Positions 49,333-59,999 of a stretch of DNA of 64,000 nucleotides are shown here, piece after piece. The notes beneath the pieces were generated by a model. The model had not been told where the DNA came from. It worked only from the letters and a program-made list of their open reading frames with translations, and did not search any database. The stretch is from Aulosira sp. ZfuVER01 (GTDB taxonomy: Bacteria > Cyanobacteriota > Cyanobacteriia > Cyanobacteriales > Nostocaceae). The stretch covers positions 32,001-96,000 of the forward strand of contig JAVRCV020000051.1 of assembly GCA_034530615.2 (NCBI GenBank), written 5' to 3'. Made by a program: the position numbers and the translations under genes. Numbering within the stretch: position 1 is the first letter of the stretch; every line of letters begins with the position of its first letter.

Positions 49333-51069
49333 TTAATACATACGGTCAGAACGTTCGAGACGTAAAAGCAAGCGAATAAGTAGACCTGCGATCGCGGCTG
49401 CAATTAAACCAGCCAGTACTGCTAAGAATACATATTTATTCACTAATAAAATAGTGCCTGAAAGTGTAAATCCACTGATGAGCAGCGCGTAGCTAATTCC
49501 GATTTGAATATTGCTTTGCCGTCTCAGCAGGCGTTCCGTTTCTAGAGAACGGACGCGCATACGCATATCGCCGCGCTCTAACTTTTCTAGTGTATCTTCT
49601 AATCTACGTGGTAAACCAAAAGCAGTTGTACTGACCTGAACTGCTTGGCGACTTAATTCATTTAGGAAGCTATTGCTCTGCTCACCATTCATATTGGTCA
49701 TAAGCTGCATTGCATAGGGTTTGGCAACTTCCATAAAATTAAATTCTGGATCTAAGCCCTTGCCAACTCCCTCAAGAGTGGAAAAAGCTCGCATCACAAA
49801 AGTGAAGGTTGCAGGAAATCTAAATGGTTGATTATAAGCTATTTCGTACAGGTCGTCACTGATGGCTGCAACCGATTGGTTTTCAAAAGGCTTATCCATG
49901 AAATTATCCAGCATATACTGGACAGAACGCCGCACTGGCCCCATATCATCTACTGGTGCGATCGCGCCCAAATCGATCAAAGATTGCACAACGCGATCGC
50001 CATCTTTTTGGGCAATGCCGAACAGCGTTTCCATCAGTCCTTCACGTATATTGGATTTAATCCGCCCCATCATGCCGAAATCGTAGAATATCAAATCACC
50101 ATTGGGGCTAACAGCAATATTCCCGGGGTGGGGATCGGCATGGAAAAAGCCATTATTGAGCAGTTGCACTAGGTAAGCTTGGGCACCATAACGAGCAATG
50201 AGCTTACGATCCAAACCCGCCGCCTCTATAGCTTCGTACTGGCTAATTTTGATTCCCGGCACATATTCCAACGTCAGCACTTGGGGCGAGGTGTAACGCC
50301 AGTAAATTCTGGGTACTTTCACCCAATCGTAGCCACGAAAGTTACGCCTGAAAGTGTCAGCATTCCGACCTTCGTTCAGGTAATCAATTTCTTCCCAAAG
50401 AATACGGCAACACTCTTCGTAAATTCCGAGCCAATCTCGGCCACGTCCCCATTTGGGATGGTTTTGAAAATAACGAGCAATTCCTTTAAGAATCTGTAAA
50501 TCAATTTCAAATAACTTCTTCAGTCCCGGACGCTGCACCTTGACAACCACGGCTTCGCCACTATATAGCACAGCTTTGTGGACTTGCCCCAAACTAGCCG
50601 CTGCTAAAGGAATCGGATCAAAATTCTGGAAGAGTTCGGGAATTTTTTTACCTAGTTCTCGCTGAATAATCGCTTCTACTTGGTCATAGCTAAAAGCAGG
50701 TACTTTGTCTTGTAGCTTTGCCAGTTCTTCTACATACTCGACTGGAAATATATCAGCACGAGTAGAAAATAACTGCCCAACTTTAATAAAGGTAGGCCCT
50801 AAGTCAAGCAAGGTATTACGAATCCAGATAGCTTGCGCTTTACGCCTTGCAGCTTGCTTGGCCTCAGTGATTCCGCCTGGATAACTCCAAGCTTTGTTGT
50901 ATCGCCAAAGCTTGAACATCAAGGTCAAAACAAAAGACCAGATGTCCACAAAGCGCCGTCTACTAGAATAATTTTCCCGATTCCAACGGTATGCCTTATC
51001 CGAATAACCTTTTTCCATATTTGTTGCGTACCGTTGGTTTTTTACCGAATCACCTGGAAGAAAAGACAC
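49333..51069 (-). CDS. ABC1/AarF/UbiB family kinase
   Basis: LGPTFIKVGQ, AAASLGQVH, VKVQRP, HADPHPGN, DFGM. Confidence 0.95.
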   Translation of the reverse strand: MSFLPGDSVKNQRYATNMEKGYSDKAYRWNRENYSSRRRFVDIWSFVLTLMFKLWRYNKAWSYPGGITEAKQAARRKAQAIWIRNTLLDLGPTFIKVGQLFSTRADIFPVEYVEELAKLQDKVPAFSYDQVEAIIQRELGKKIPELFQNFDPIPLAAASLGQVHKAVLYSGEAVVVKVQRPGLKKLFEIDLQILKGIARYFQNHPKWGRGRDWLGIYEECCRILWEEIDYLNEGRNADTFRRNFRGYDWVKVPRIYWRYTSPQVLTLEYVPGIKISQYEAIEAAGLDRKLIARYGAQAYLVQLLNNGFFHADPHPGNIAVSPNGDLIFYDFGMMGRIKSNIREGLMETLFGIAQKDGDRVVQSLIDLGAIAPVDDMGPVRRSVQYMLDNFMDKPFENQSVAAISDDLYEIAYNQPFRFPATFTFVMRAFSTLEGVGKGLDPEFNFMEVAKPYAMQLMTNMNGEQSNSFLNELSRQAVQVSTTAFGLPRRLEDTLEKLERGDMRMRVRSLETERLLRRQSNIQIGISYALLISGFTLSGTILLVNKYVFLAVLAGLIAAAIAGLLIRLLLRLERSDRMY

Positions 51070-51197
51070 TCTGATTCCTAAACTGTTTGCGATCGTAATG
51101 TCATTTGTCCGCTATTGTTTGTCATTTGTCTATAAATGCTGACTCATGACCAATGACCAATGACTAAATATGCTTCCTAGTAGATTTTTCTCAAACT

Positions 51198-51524
51198 TTA
51201 TACAGAACTACTACGATACTTTTGCAATTCGGTACGCAATAGGGCGATTTCGGCTCGTAGTTCATCAATCATGGCTTGCAAGTCTACTGGCTCAGATCCG
51301 CTGGGTCCGCGTACTGTGGTAGGTTGACCAACATTAGCAGCATCAGCAGCTCGATTAGCCCGTTCTAGAACTTCATCTGTGAACTGGCGCAACTGTTCTC
51401 TAGCTTCAGCATCAAATTTGCCAAGTTCGCTTAAAGCATCAGTCAAGGCGACCTCTAAGCGTTCGTTGACTACTTCAGCTACAGCTCTACCGACAAAAAA
51501 GGCTTGCAAAAGGGGGTTACTCAT
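51198..51524 (-). CDS. Conserved cyanobacterial coiled-coil protein
   Basis: MSNPLLQAFFVGRA...DLQAMIDELRAEIA. Confidence 0.82.
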   Translation of the reverse strand: MSNPLLQAFFVGRAVAEVVNERLEVALTDALSELGKFDAEAREQLRQFTDEVLERANRAADAANVGQPTTVRGPSGSEPVDLQAMIDELRAEIALLRTELQKYRSSSV

Positions 51525-51676
51525 AAATTTTTGTTACGTCTCTCCGCAAGAGAATTATAACTTGCTCGTATGCTTTGCGGCTTCTACTGTGGAGATATAT
51601 ATTGGCTGGGCAAACTTCCAGCCCAGATCGCCTTGGAAACTTCTAGTTCAAATTTGCAAGCATTTATTCTGTATCG

Positions 51677-52003
51677 CTAAGGTGACTCAGCGAATGGGTT
51701 AGGTAATTTTGATGCACTCGCAATCTGGAATGATACTTGAGGATAAGCACTACATTTCTTTTTGGCGATCGCCAGCATCTTATCTGAAATGTCTACCCCA
51801 ACAATCTGTTGCGATGAATATTCAGCTAGCAGTAACCATTCAAACTCACCAGTGCCACAGGCAACATCAAGTATAGTATCTGTTGGTGATATCTCTGCCC
51901 AGGTTTTGAGGAAAGATAATGTGTTATCTATATAACTTTTCCAACGTAGATCGTAAACAGTAGCTAACTGGTCGTACTGTTTGCGAACTATAGTTTCACT
52001 CAT
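51677..52003 (-). pseudogene. Class I SAM methyltransferase, 3'-truncated
   Basis: ILDVACGTG and GVDIS present. The protein stops just after ASASKLP, before the FD..S motif and the C-terminal half. Confidence 0.7.
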
Positions 52004-52020
52004 ATTATTTTTTGTAATAT

Positions 52021-52443
52021 TTATTCATGTTCAATAATTGGACAAATAGTTGAATGAGAATCATCCGGCTTGATTTCCCAACCAGAAAGCAACCCTGATA
52101 ATTCTTGTCTCAAAATCAGTAATTGCTGGATTTGTTCATCAATAGCTTTTACCTTATCTTCTAGTTTAGTTTTGATATGCTCACAAGGTAATTCACCTTC
52201 ATCATGAACATTTAAAAATTCCTTAATTTCTGATAAGCTTAATCCTAAGCTTTGAGCGCGTTTAATAAAGTGCAGTCGCTCTAAAACATCAGAGTTAAAT
52301 AATCTAAATCCGCCTTCGGTTCTTCCTGATGATTTGAGTAGACCAAGTTCTTCATAATAGCGAATAGTCTTAATTGGTACGCCGCTTTCTTTAGCAACTC
52401 TACCAATCTGTTTTGCTTGTTCTTGGACTAACATACTTGTCAA
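52021..52443 (-). CDS. MerR-family heavy-metal-responsive regulator
   Basis: TIRYYEELGLL, RTEGGFRLF, FIKRAQSLGLSLSEIK, LPCEHI, ICPII. Confidence 0.93.
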   Translation of the reverse strand: MTSMLVQEQAKQIGRVAKESGVPIKTIRYYEELGLLKSSGRTEGGFRLFNSDVLERLHFIKRAQSLGLSLSEIKEFLNVHDEGELPCEHIKTKLEDKVKAIDEQIQQLLILRQELSGLLSGWEIKPDDSHSTICPIIEHE

Positions 52444-52471
52444 AGCCTCAATGAGATATGATTACCGATCT

Positions 52472-52504
52472 TATACTAAACTCTCCAGTTAGCTGGAGAG
52501 TCAA
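52472..52504 (-). promoter_or_regulatory. MerR-type promoter/operator of the regulator gene
   Basis: Minus strand TTGACT-20 nt-TAGTAT; perfect dyad ACTCTCCAG-N4-CTGGAGAGT at 52480-52501. Confidence 0.85.
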
Positions 52505-52530
52505 GCATGAAAAGCATCATTCTATCAAGC

Positions 52531-53127
52531 TTATGAGACACTGAGTTGAGTAGAAGCGGTTTCTTCACTAGTGGCTGCGGCTTGGACTGCGATCGCACCG
52601 CGAAACATATTCATACCGCAGGTGAAAGCATATTCACCTGGTTTTTCGGGTGTAAATTCCACAGCAGTGATTTGATTCAGGGGTAAATCTGCGGCAATGT
52701 GAAAGTCTGGAATCACAACTTGTTCTAAGCAACTGCTGGGATCTTTGCGTGTAAATTTCAGCCTTACTGGTATCCCGGCTTGCACGACAATTCGGCTGGG
52801 ATCGTATCCCCCATCAACGGTGATGCTAACTTCTTGGACATCTCCATCTGCTGCAACTGCTTTCTGAGACTTGGGTTTACTCAGCAAGAACCACCAAAGT
52901 TCTAAGCCAATTAATCCTAAGCCGCCTAGGGTGACAGTGATTTTGTTTCCTATTGGCTGATCGATACGTTGAAATTGATTGGTTTGGACTGTTGCAGATG
53001 AGTGTGTCTTATGGGATTTTTGTGCATTCACCGAAGATGTTGGCGAAGCCATCGCTTCACCAGATGCTATTCCGAAGACAATTCCTAAGCTGGCTATACT
53101 ACCGATGAGTGCTGTTTTGTTTACCAT
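52531..53127 (-). CDS. Cupredoxin-domain membrane protein
   Basis: VDGGYDPSRIVV, SSCLEQV, FTCGMNMFRG. Confidence 0.9.
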   Translation of the reverse strand: MVNKTALIGSIASLGIVFGIASGEAMASPTSSVNAQKSHKTHSSATVQTNQFQRIDQPIGNKITVTLGGLGLIGLELWWFLLSKPKSQKAVAADGDVQEVSITVDGGYDPSRIVVQAGIPVRLKFTRKDPSSCLEQVVIPDFHIAADLPLNQITAVEFTPEKPGEYAFTCGMNMFRGAIAVQAAATSEETASTQLSVS

Positions 53128-53149
53128 TTAAAAACCTCTTACATGGATA

Positions 53150-53208
53150 TAATTCGTAGTTCGTAATACCCTACGGGAAGCCGCACTTCGTGCGTCTACG
53201 TAATTCGT
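53150..53208. repeat. Small dispersed hairpin repeat inserted in an (AATTCGT)n STRR
   Basis: TACCCTACGGGAAGCCGCACTTCGTGCGTCTACG. Confidence 0.65.
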
Positions 53209-53364
53209 CATTAAGAAAGTCAGCTATGGTCTGAGTTTTGGGAATTGAAAGAGAATTAGTGTAAGTTTCCAGCTACACTAAAATTCCTGAAATCACTCCC
53301 AGCAGAAATCCAAATCCTGCTAAAGTCCCGAAAAATATGGTTTGATTGAACATTGTTATTTCCT

Positions 53365-55626
53365 CTATCCGAGTGTTTTAGGTTGGAACTTACGCAAACG
53401 CAGCGCATTGGTGACTACGGAAACTGAACTAAAGGCCATTGCTGCACCGGCGATGATGGGGTTAAGTAACCAACCGAAGATGGGGAAAAGAATTCCGGCG
53501 GCGATGGGAATACCAGCAACGTTGTAAATGAAGGCGAAGAATAGGTTTTGGCGAATGTTGCGAATTGTGGCGCGGCTGAGTTGAATTGCTGTAACTATGG
53601 CTTGCAAATCGCCAGAGATTAAGGTGATGTCACTAGCTGCGATCGCTACATCTGTACCAGTCCCAATTGCAATTCCCACATCGGCTTGAGCTAAGGCTGG
53701 TGCATCATTTATCCCATCACCAACCATTGCGATAATTTTGCCTTCTGCTTGTAGTGCTTGTACTGTCGCCGCTTTTTGCTCAGGGCGGACTTCTGCTAAG
53801 ACTCTTTTGATACCAACTTCACGAGCAATGCTTTCTGCGGTGCGGCGGTTATCGCCTGTGAGCATGACAACTTCTAAACCGAGTTTTTGCAATGCTCTCA
53901 CAGCCTGGGTAGAGGTGGGTTTAATGGCATCAGCAATCCCCATCAATCCTTTGATTTCGCCGTCAACTGCTAACCAAACTGCGGTTTTACCCAGGTATTC
54001 TAAGCATTCTTTATCTTGTTGCAAGGCTTGAGTGTTAATACTCAACTCTTCCATCCAGCGTTGTGTCCCAATTTGCACCAGACGGTTAGAAACAATACCT
54101 TGGACACCGCTACCTGCCACGGCTTCAAAATCTCTGACATCTGCTAATGATACTTCCTGAGATTGGGCATATCGAACAACTGCTTCTGCCAATGGGTGTT
54201 CAGAATTGCGTTCTAAGGATGCTGCTAGTTGTATCAGCTTAATTTCGTTGCCGTTGAGTGTACCGTTAACTGTCAGAAAATCTGTAACTGTCGGTTTACC
54301 TTGGGTAATTGTGCCTGTTTTGTCTAAGACAATTGTTTGAATTTGGTGTGCTATTTCTAAGCTTTCGGCTCCCTTAATTAAAATGCCGTTTTCTGCACCT
54401 TTACCTGTGCCTACCATCACGGAGGTTGGTGTAGCTAAACCCAAGGCACAAGGACAAGCGATAATTAACACCCCAACTGTGGTAATCAACGCCAGGGTGA
54501 CATTGCCCATAATGTTATACCAAATTATGAAAGTAAGAATAGCGATCGCAATTACCGCAGGCACAAACCACCCAGTAACTTGGTCTGCTAGTCTTTGAAT
54601 TGGGGCTTTTGAGCCTTGAGCCTGCTGCACTAATTGAACAATCTGCGCCAGTACAGTATCCTTACCAACTCTTGTCGCCCGAAACTTAAAACTTCCTGTT
54701 TTATTGATGGTTGCGCCGATAACTTCATCCCCTGGCTGCTTTTTCACGGGTACACTTTCACCAGTCACCATCGCTTCATCAATTGTGGATGTCCCGTCAA
54801 CTACTTCCCCATCAACCGGAATTTTCTCCCCAGGCCGAACCAGCACTACATCACCAATTTCTACTTGTTCAATCGGGACATCTATTTCTCGCCCGTTACG
54901 AATCAACCGTGCGGTTTTAGCCTGCAAACCAATTAGCTTGCGGATAGCTTCTGAAGTTTGTCCTTTAGCCCGATTTTCAAATAGCCGTCCTAACAAAATC
55001 AAGGTAATGACAATTGCCGCAGTTTCATAATACACATCTGGCCTCAAACCCTGAGCAATTAAAAAGCCAGGAAACAAAGTGACAAATAGGGAATAGAAAT
55101 ATGCTGCACTTGTACCCAAAGCTATTAAAGTATCCATTGTGGCAGCATGGCGTTTGAAAGCTTTCCAGGTATTGATATAGAACGAGTAACCACACCAGAA
55201 CTGTACAGGAGTGGTGAGGACTAATTGCAGCCAAGGGTTATGCAACCATGTGGGAATCCAAGATAGGTATAACCCTGTCATCATTGGTAGTGAGCCGATC
55301 GCCAACACAATGCAAATAATGCCCCCTACCGCCACCTTTAGCTGCAAATTGCGGGATTCTTTCAGGCGAGATCTTTTTTCTTCATCATCTTCTCCCGCCA
55401 TCAAATTTTGTTCTTGGAGGGGATAGGCAGAATAACCTGCTGCATCCACTGCATCTTGGATAGCTTGTAAATCGGTTTTTCTGGGGTCATAATCAACTGT
55501 TGCCTGTTCTGCCCCAAAATTCACACTACATTCATTTACGCCTGGGACAGAACTGATAGCGTCTTCTACACTTCTGGCACAGGAAGCGCAACTCATACCG
55601 CGCAGCTTAAGTGTCGCATTCTCCAT
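53365..55626 (-). CDS. Copper-translocating P1B ATPase, PacS-like
   Basis: [38 protein letters not shown] and MAFSS. Confidence 0.94.
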   Translation of the reverse strand: MENATLKLRGMSCASCARSVEDAISSVPGVNECSVNFGAEQATVDYDPRKTDLQAIQDAVDAAGYSAYPLQEQNLMAGEDDEEKRSRLKESRNLQLKVAVGGIICIVLAIGSLPMMTGLYLSWIPTWLHNPWLQLVLTTPVQFWCGYSFYINTWKAFKRHAATMDTLIALGTSAAYFYSLFVTLFPGFLIAQGLRPDVYYETAAIVITLILLGRLFENRAKGQTSEAIRKLIGLQAKTARLIRNGREIDVPIEQVEIGDVVLVRPGEKIPVDGEVVDGTSTIDEAMVTGESVPVKKQPGDEVIGATINKTGSFKFRATRVGKDTVLAQIVQLVQQAQGSKAPIQRLADQVTGWFVPAVIAIAILTFIIWYNIMGNVTLALITTVGVLIIACPCALGLATPTSVMVGTGKGAENGILIKGAESLEIAHQIQTIVLDKTGTITQGKPTVTDFLTVNGTLNGNEIKLIQLAASLERNSEHPLAEAVVRYAQSQEVSLADVRDFEAVAGSGVQGIVSNRLVQIGTQRWMEELSINTQALQQDKECLEYLGKTAVWLAVDGEIKGLMGIADAIKPTSTQAVRALQKLGLEVVMLTGDNRRTAESIAREVGIKRVLAEVRPEQKAATVQALQAEGKIIAMVGDGINDAPALAQADVGIAIGTGTDVAIAASDITLISGDLQAIVTAIQLSRATIRNIRQNLFFAFIYNVAGIPIAAGILFPIFGWLLNPIIAGAAMAFSSVSVVTNALRLRKFQPKTLG

Positions 55627-55667
55627 TTGAAAGCTCCAATTATCAAGTCATGTTCAAGACTGATTTC

Positions 55668-55699
55668 ATCTTGAATCCTCCAGTGAACTAGAGTGTCAA
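55668..55699 (-). promoter_or_regulatory. MerR-type promoter/operator of the ATPase
   Basis: Minus strand TTGACA-CTCTAGTTCACTGGAGGATT(20)-CAAGAT; same dyad core as 52480. Confidence 0.75.
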
Positions 55700-55808
55700 G
55701 AGGGTAGAGAAAAAAATTGGAACTACGCAAAAAGTCCTTTCTCAAATAACTTTGCAGCTATTTCCCAATACATTAACTGAACTAAGGAAAAATTTCTGTT
55801 CAAGTCCC

Positions 55809-55840
55809 TAGACTCTCCAGTGAACTAGATATTTGAAGAT
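55809..55840 (+). promoter_or_regulatory. Divergent MerR-type promoter/operator
   Basis: TAGACT-CTCCAGTGAACTAGATATTT(20)-GAAGAT; shares CTCCAGTGAACTAGA with the 55668 site. Confidence 0.6.
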
Positions 55841-56061
55841 AAACTCCAGCAAATAAACACCAGCTTGTTCTAAAGTTGGGAAAGCTTTGGGGATGAAAAC
55901 CAAAAAGGCGATCGCTAGAGCGCAAAATTTGCTTATGGTTATACCAATGCAAGAAACTAGACTTTTATTAGCAGCAGTTATACTCACACAATTAGATGCT
56001 AAACACAGCAGATAATTGACTGCAATAATTCAATTCATCATAGTTAGGATTCTCTTGACTC

Positions 56062-56160
56062 ATGGTTACTGAAGGATTTTATCGTCGTCCCTTACCTCCT
56101 CCTAGTATTTCTTTTGCTTCCCCACAGGGACGACAAATCTTTCAAGAGGCGATCGCATAA
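56062..56160 (+). pseudogene. N-terminal stub of a phytochelatin synthase
   Basis: MVTEGFYRRPLPPPSISFASPQGRQIFQEAIA* matches the YRRxLP..I.F.S.EGK.IF.EA start of phytochelatin synthases; ends at HIP1 56149-56156. Confidence 0.7.
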
Positions 56161-56727
56161 AGTAGCTGTGTAGGCTTGTACTGTATTACACCAGTCGCAA
56201 ACAGTTATAAGAAAGGATATCAGACGATTATCCCATTAATAAGATAAGAACTTATATATCTTGACATTTATTAGATTTTATCTAGCACTTATTCAATCCA
56301 TATCCAATACAAATTGTCAATTATAAATTGTAAAAGTTATAAGAATTTACCTTCTGCTGGAGTAAAGATTGAGTAAAAACATCCTCTTTTATCCTCCAGG
56401 CAAAGATACGAACTTTTAGATATTTCACCTTTAAATCTGAGTTGCCATACTCAGTACAAGTGATCGAGTTTACGGTTAAAAAATATCTGACAAACACTCA
56501 ACCAGAAAGCTAAGAGCGATCGCACTTACCCTATTACGGTTTGTAGGTTGGGCATGCAGTGCAGATTTGTTTGAGCTAGCCATACTCCTCTAAGAATCTT
56601 CTAGTAATTTTTGCGGGTACGGGTAGCCTCTATTAGTTTTCTGATCGAGCAAAGTTATTACGACTGCAAAATTCCCTGAGTCAGCATCTCCACTGTTAAC
56701 CATTACCTTTTTCTAGTAATTAGTTTT

Positions 56728-57489
56728 ATGGCAACTTTAAATCTTCTGACGAAATTTTCCATTGCGATGACTGCTACTACAGCATTGGGATTTTTTGCTT
56801 CTTCCGCCAGTGCTTTAACCCTAACTGATACTTCTGCTAACTGGAGTAATACTGTTGGTGGAAGTAATGTCATATATCAAACTGTGGGTACGGAAAAGCA
56901 AGTACGTTGGGGACAAGATATAGGCAATGGTCAAAGTGGATTAGGATTTCTCGGAGCTACCTCAGTCACCTTCAATCCCGATCAAGTCTTTCAAATCGGG
57001 ACTCTCAAACACTATAACAACGCAATAGCAGGTGGAAGTGCTGCCTCACAAGTTGATTTTGACCTTGCTTTAAACTTTAGCAACCCAAGTGTAAGCACAC
57101 AACCATTCAAATTTAGCTTTGGTATTGACGAAACGCCCAATTCTGGGAATGTCAATGATTGTCCTTATTACAGTACTGCTGTCTGCTCTGATAAAATTTC
57201 CTTCTCTACCCTACCTAACTTAAACACCTTTAATGTTGCTGGTGTGGATTATACGCTCCAGTTGCTAGGATTCAGTGAGACTCCTAATGGCACACCTACA
57301 AACTACTTCATTTCACAGGAAGGGGGTACTAGCTTGGCTAACCTTTACGCCAAGATTACTGTTGCTACACCATCAACACAAAGTGTCCCTGAGCCAAGTT
57401 CTGGCTTAAGCATATTTGCCTTTGGTGTTTTAGCTGCTGGTTCTATGTTAAATCGCAAACAGCGTTTGAAAGCTATAGCTAAAGTATAG
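56728..57489 (+). CDS. PEP-CTERM protein (THxN/choice-of-anchor K type)
   Basis: Signal peptide, VRWG, GTLKHYN, IDETPN, VPEPSS plus TM segment and basic tail. Confidence 0.85.
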   Translation: MATLNLLTKFSIAMTATTALGFFASSASALTLTDTSANWSNTVGGSNVIYQTVGTEKQVRWGQDIGNGQSGLGFLGATSVTFNPDQVFQIGTLKHYNNAIAGGSAASQVDFDLALNFSNPSVSTQPFKFSFGIDETPNSGNVNDCPYYSTAVCSDKISFSTLPNLNTFNVAGVDYTLQLLGFSETPNGTPTNYFISQEGGTSLANLYAKITVATPSTQSVPEPSSGLSIFAFGVLAAGSMLNRKQRLKAIAKV

Positions 57490-57650
57490 GCCGATCAATT
57501 CAGTTGCTTAAAATAAGATTTTGTAATTGCTGTTTCTTTCTGAACAAGAGACAGCTATTTTGTCTTTTTGGCTACGTGCGATCGCTCTTTACCAAAATAA
57601 CCCACGGATAGACTAGTATAAATTATGCTAGTCTATCTGTGCCTTAAATT

Positions 57651-59111
57651 ATGATGAAAAATATGCAGGGAGGATTAGAGTTTGTCGAACAATTAATTTA
57701 TGCCAAGACAGGGAAATCACTTACAGCTATCCAAAAGGTAGTATTACAGCAATCTTGGGAAGAACAAAGAAAAACTTACAACCAGATTGCCCAAGAGTTT
57801 AACTATTCTGAGAGCTACATTAAGCAAACGGTCGCCCCTCAATTATGGAAACTGCTTTCAGAAGTTCTAGGGGAAAAAGTCAATAAAAATAATGTTCGTG
57901 CTGTATTAGAAAGACGAAAAGTAAACCAAAGTTCTACGAGAAGTCAAAACCTAGTTGAGATATTGAGAAAGCGATTAGAGCCTTATTACAGTGGGCAAAT
58001 ACAGTTCGTTCCTAAAAAGGACACTGTAGATATTTCATTAACAAACCATTCAGAATTGCTTTCTTTATCTACGAAATTAACAACAGAAATTAATCCAAAA
58101 ACAATAGAGTTAGAACTACCAAAAGGATCTGTACCTTTGGCTTCTGCTTTTTACATTGAGCGAATCCCCAATGAACGCAGGTGTTACGAAGAGATTATCA
58201 AACCTGGATCTCTAATTCATATTAAAGCGCCTAGACAAATGGGCAAAACCTCGTTTATGGTTAGGGTTCTGGCTCATGCAGCCATCTTAGGCTATCGAAC
58301 TGTGAGTTTGAATCTTTTACAGGCAGATCGGGCAATCTTGACTGATCTGAATAAATTATTACGTTGGTTATGTGCCAGTATTACCCACAAGCTAAAGCTC
58401 AAAAACCGACTAGATAATTACTGGGATGAGGATTTAGGCTGTAAGGCAAACTGCACGCTCTATTTTCAAGAATATTTGTTGACGCAAATAGATAATCCTT
58501 TAGTCTTAGCATTGGATGAAGTAAACGAAATTTTTGAGTATCCCGAAATTGCCCAAGACTTTTTATCTCTATTACGTTCTTGGTATGAAGAAGCAAAAGA
58601 TAGTGAAATATGGAAAAAACTCAGATTAATAGTTATTAACTCTACAGAAGTATATATTCCTTTAAATATTCATAAATCTCCATTTCAGGTAGGCTTATCA
58701 GTACAGTTGCGCTCATTTAGCTGGGAGCAAGTGCAGGATTTAGCTTGGCGTCATCAACTTAATATCTCAATAGGCGAACTGGCCGAACTTATGTGGCTGA
58801 TAGCTGGCCATCCTTATTTACTAAGGGTAGCCTTATATCATTTGGCGCAGCAGGATTTAACTTTGGCAGAACTGATGCAAACAGCAGCTTCCGATACAGG
58901 AATTTACGGGGAATATCTGCACCAATTGTTATGGCATTTACAACAGCATCCAGAACTAGCAGTAGCCTTTGAGCAGGTGCTGAGGGCAAAAGCACCAATA
59001 GAGTTAGAGCAAGTACAGGCTTTTCGTTTACACAGTATGGGGCTAGTAAATATACGAGAAAATCACGTGATGGTCAGTTGTGATTTATACCAACGATATT
59101 TTGGTGGATAG
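57651..59111 (+). CDS. N-terminal HTH plus AAA-like (AAA_35-type) P-loop NTPase
   Basis: TYNQIAQEFNYSESYIK..VAPQLWKLLSEVLGEKV; FYIER, IKAPRQMGKTS, LALDEVN, AGHPYL. Confidence 0.85.
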   Translation: MMKNMQGGLEFVEQLIYAKTGKSLTAIQKVVLQQSWEEQRKTYNQIAQEFNYSESYIKQTVAPQLWKLLSEVLGEKVNKNNVRAVLERRKVNQSSTRSQNLVEILRKRLEPYYSGQIQFVPKKDTVDISLTNHSELLSLSTKLTTEINPKTIELELPKGSVPLASAFYIERIPNERRCYEEIIKPGSLIHIKAPRQMGKTSFMVRVLAHAAILGYRTVSLNLLQADRAILTDLNKLLRWLCASITHKLKLKNRLDNYWDEDLGCKANCTLYFQEYLLTQIDNPLVLALDEVNEIFEYPEIAQDFLSLLRSWYEEAKDSEIWKKLRLIVINSTEVYIPLNIHKSPFQVGLSVQLRSFSWEQVQDLAWRHQLNISIGELAELMWLIAGHPYLLRVALYHLAQQDLTLAELMQTAASDTGIYGEYLHQLLWHLQQHPELAVAFEQVLRAKAPIELEQVQAFRLHSMGLVNIRENHVMVSCDLYQRYFGG

Positions 59112-59119
59112 GATATATT

Positions 59120-59153
59120 GCGATCGCACTCCTAAATTCCCAAGTGCGATCGC
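59120..59153. repeat. 34-bp double-HIP1 hairpin, copy 1
   Basis: GCGATCGCACT-CCTAAATTCCCA-AGTGCGATCGC. Confidence 0.95.
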
Positions 59154-59329
59154 CTGACTTGCCCTCTCTAATACCATTCTTCGAGGAGAAGCGTGAAGTT
59201 AGTTGAAGCTAAGGGTCTTGAGCAAGCATTGATTTTCCTCATACCTTTTCCTAACTACAATTATTTATATATAAAATATAATCAGCTATCTGGTAGTAGA
59301 AATTCGTTTACTCAACCTGATTAAATACT

Positions 59330-59590
59330 ATGAAACAAATAACTTTAAACTCTCATATTGGACAAGATGGAATATTACATTTAGATATTCCTGTAGATGT
59401 CACTAATGTTGATTTAACTATTACTGTAATTTTACAACCCATTACTGATTCTCAGCCAGAAAATAAACCTAAAGGAAAAGGTTGGCCTGCTAACTTTTTT
59501 GAAGAAACTTCTGGATGTTTGAAGGATAGTCCTTTAATTATAGATTCAGAAGGTGTTTTTGATGATTTAGAAGAGCTTAAATTGTCATGA
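59330..59590 (+). CDS. Putative antitoxin partner of the PIN toxin
   Basis: SHIGQDGILHLDIP..GWPANFFEETSG; ATGA overlap with the PIN gene. Confidence 0.75.
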   Translation: MKQITLNSHIGQDGILHLDIPVDVTNVDLTITVILQPITDSQPENKPKGKGWPANFFEETSGCLKDSPLIIDSEGVFDDLEELKLS

Positions 59591-59988
59591 GATATTTACT
59601 AGATACAAATGTATGTATTAAATATCTCAATGAAGACTCGGTTATTCGGCAGAAACTTGAAAATTATGATTTAGAAGATATTGCGGTTTGTTCAGTTGTG
59701 AAACTAGAGTTGTTTTATGGAGCGATGAGGAGTGATAATCCCGATCAAGTTTGGGCAAAAGTAAAGCGATTTTTAGAAGTATTTATTTCTTTACCTTTAG
59801 ATGATATTTCAGCGTTAAATGCAGGTAGGATTCGCGCTCAATTAGCTAATGCTGGTACTCCTATTGGTTATAATGATTTATTAATCGCTTCTATTACATT
59901 GTCTCATGATTTAATTTTAGTGACTCATAATACTAAAGAGTTTGTCAGAGTTGAAGGATTAAAAATAGAAGATTGGGAAATTGAATAA
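59587..59988 (+). CDS. vapC: VapC-family PIN-domain toxin
   Basis: YLLDTNVCI, ELFYG, DLLIAS, LVTHNTKEF. Confidence 0.92.
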   Translation: MRYLLDTNVCIKYLNEDSVIRQKLENYDLEDIAVCSVVKLELFYGAMRSDNPDQVWAKVKRFLEVFISLPLDDISALNAGRIRAQLANAGTPIGYNDLLIASITLSHDLILVTHNTKEFVRVEGLKIEDWEIE

Positions 59989-59999
59989 TATAATTGAAA

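Noticed and set aside
35738..55626. Two Cu-type P1B ATPases as a novelty
   Set aside because: A CtaA/PacS pair is standard in cyanobacteria.
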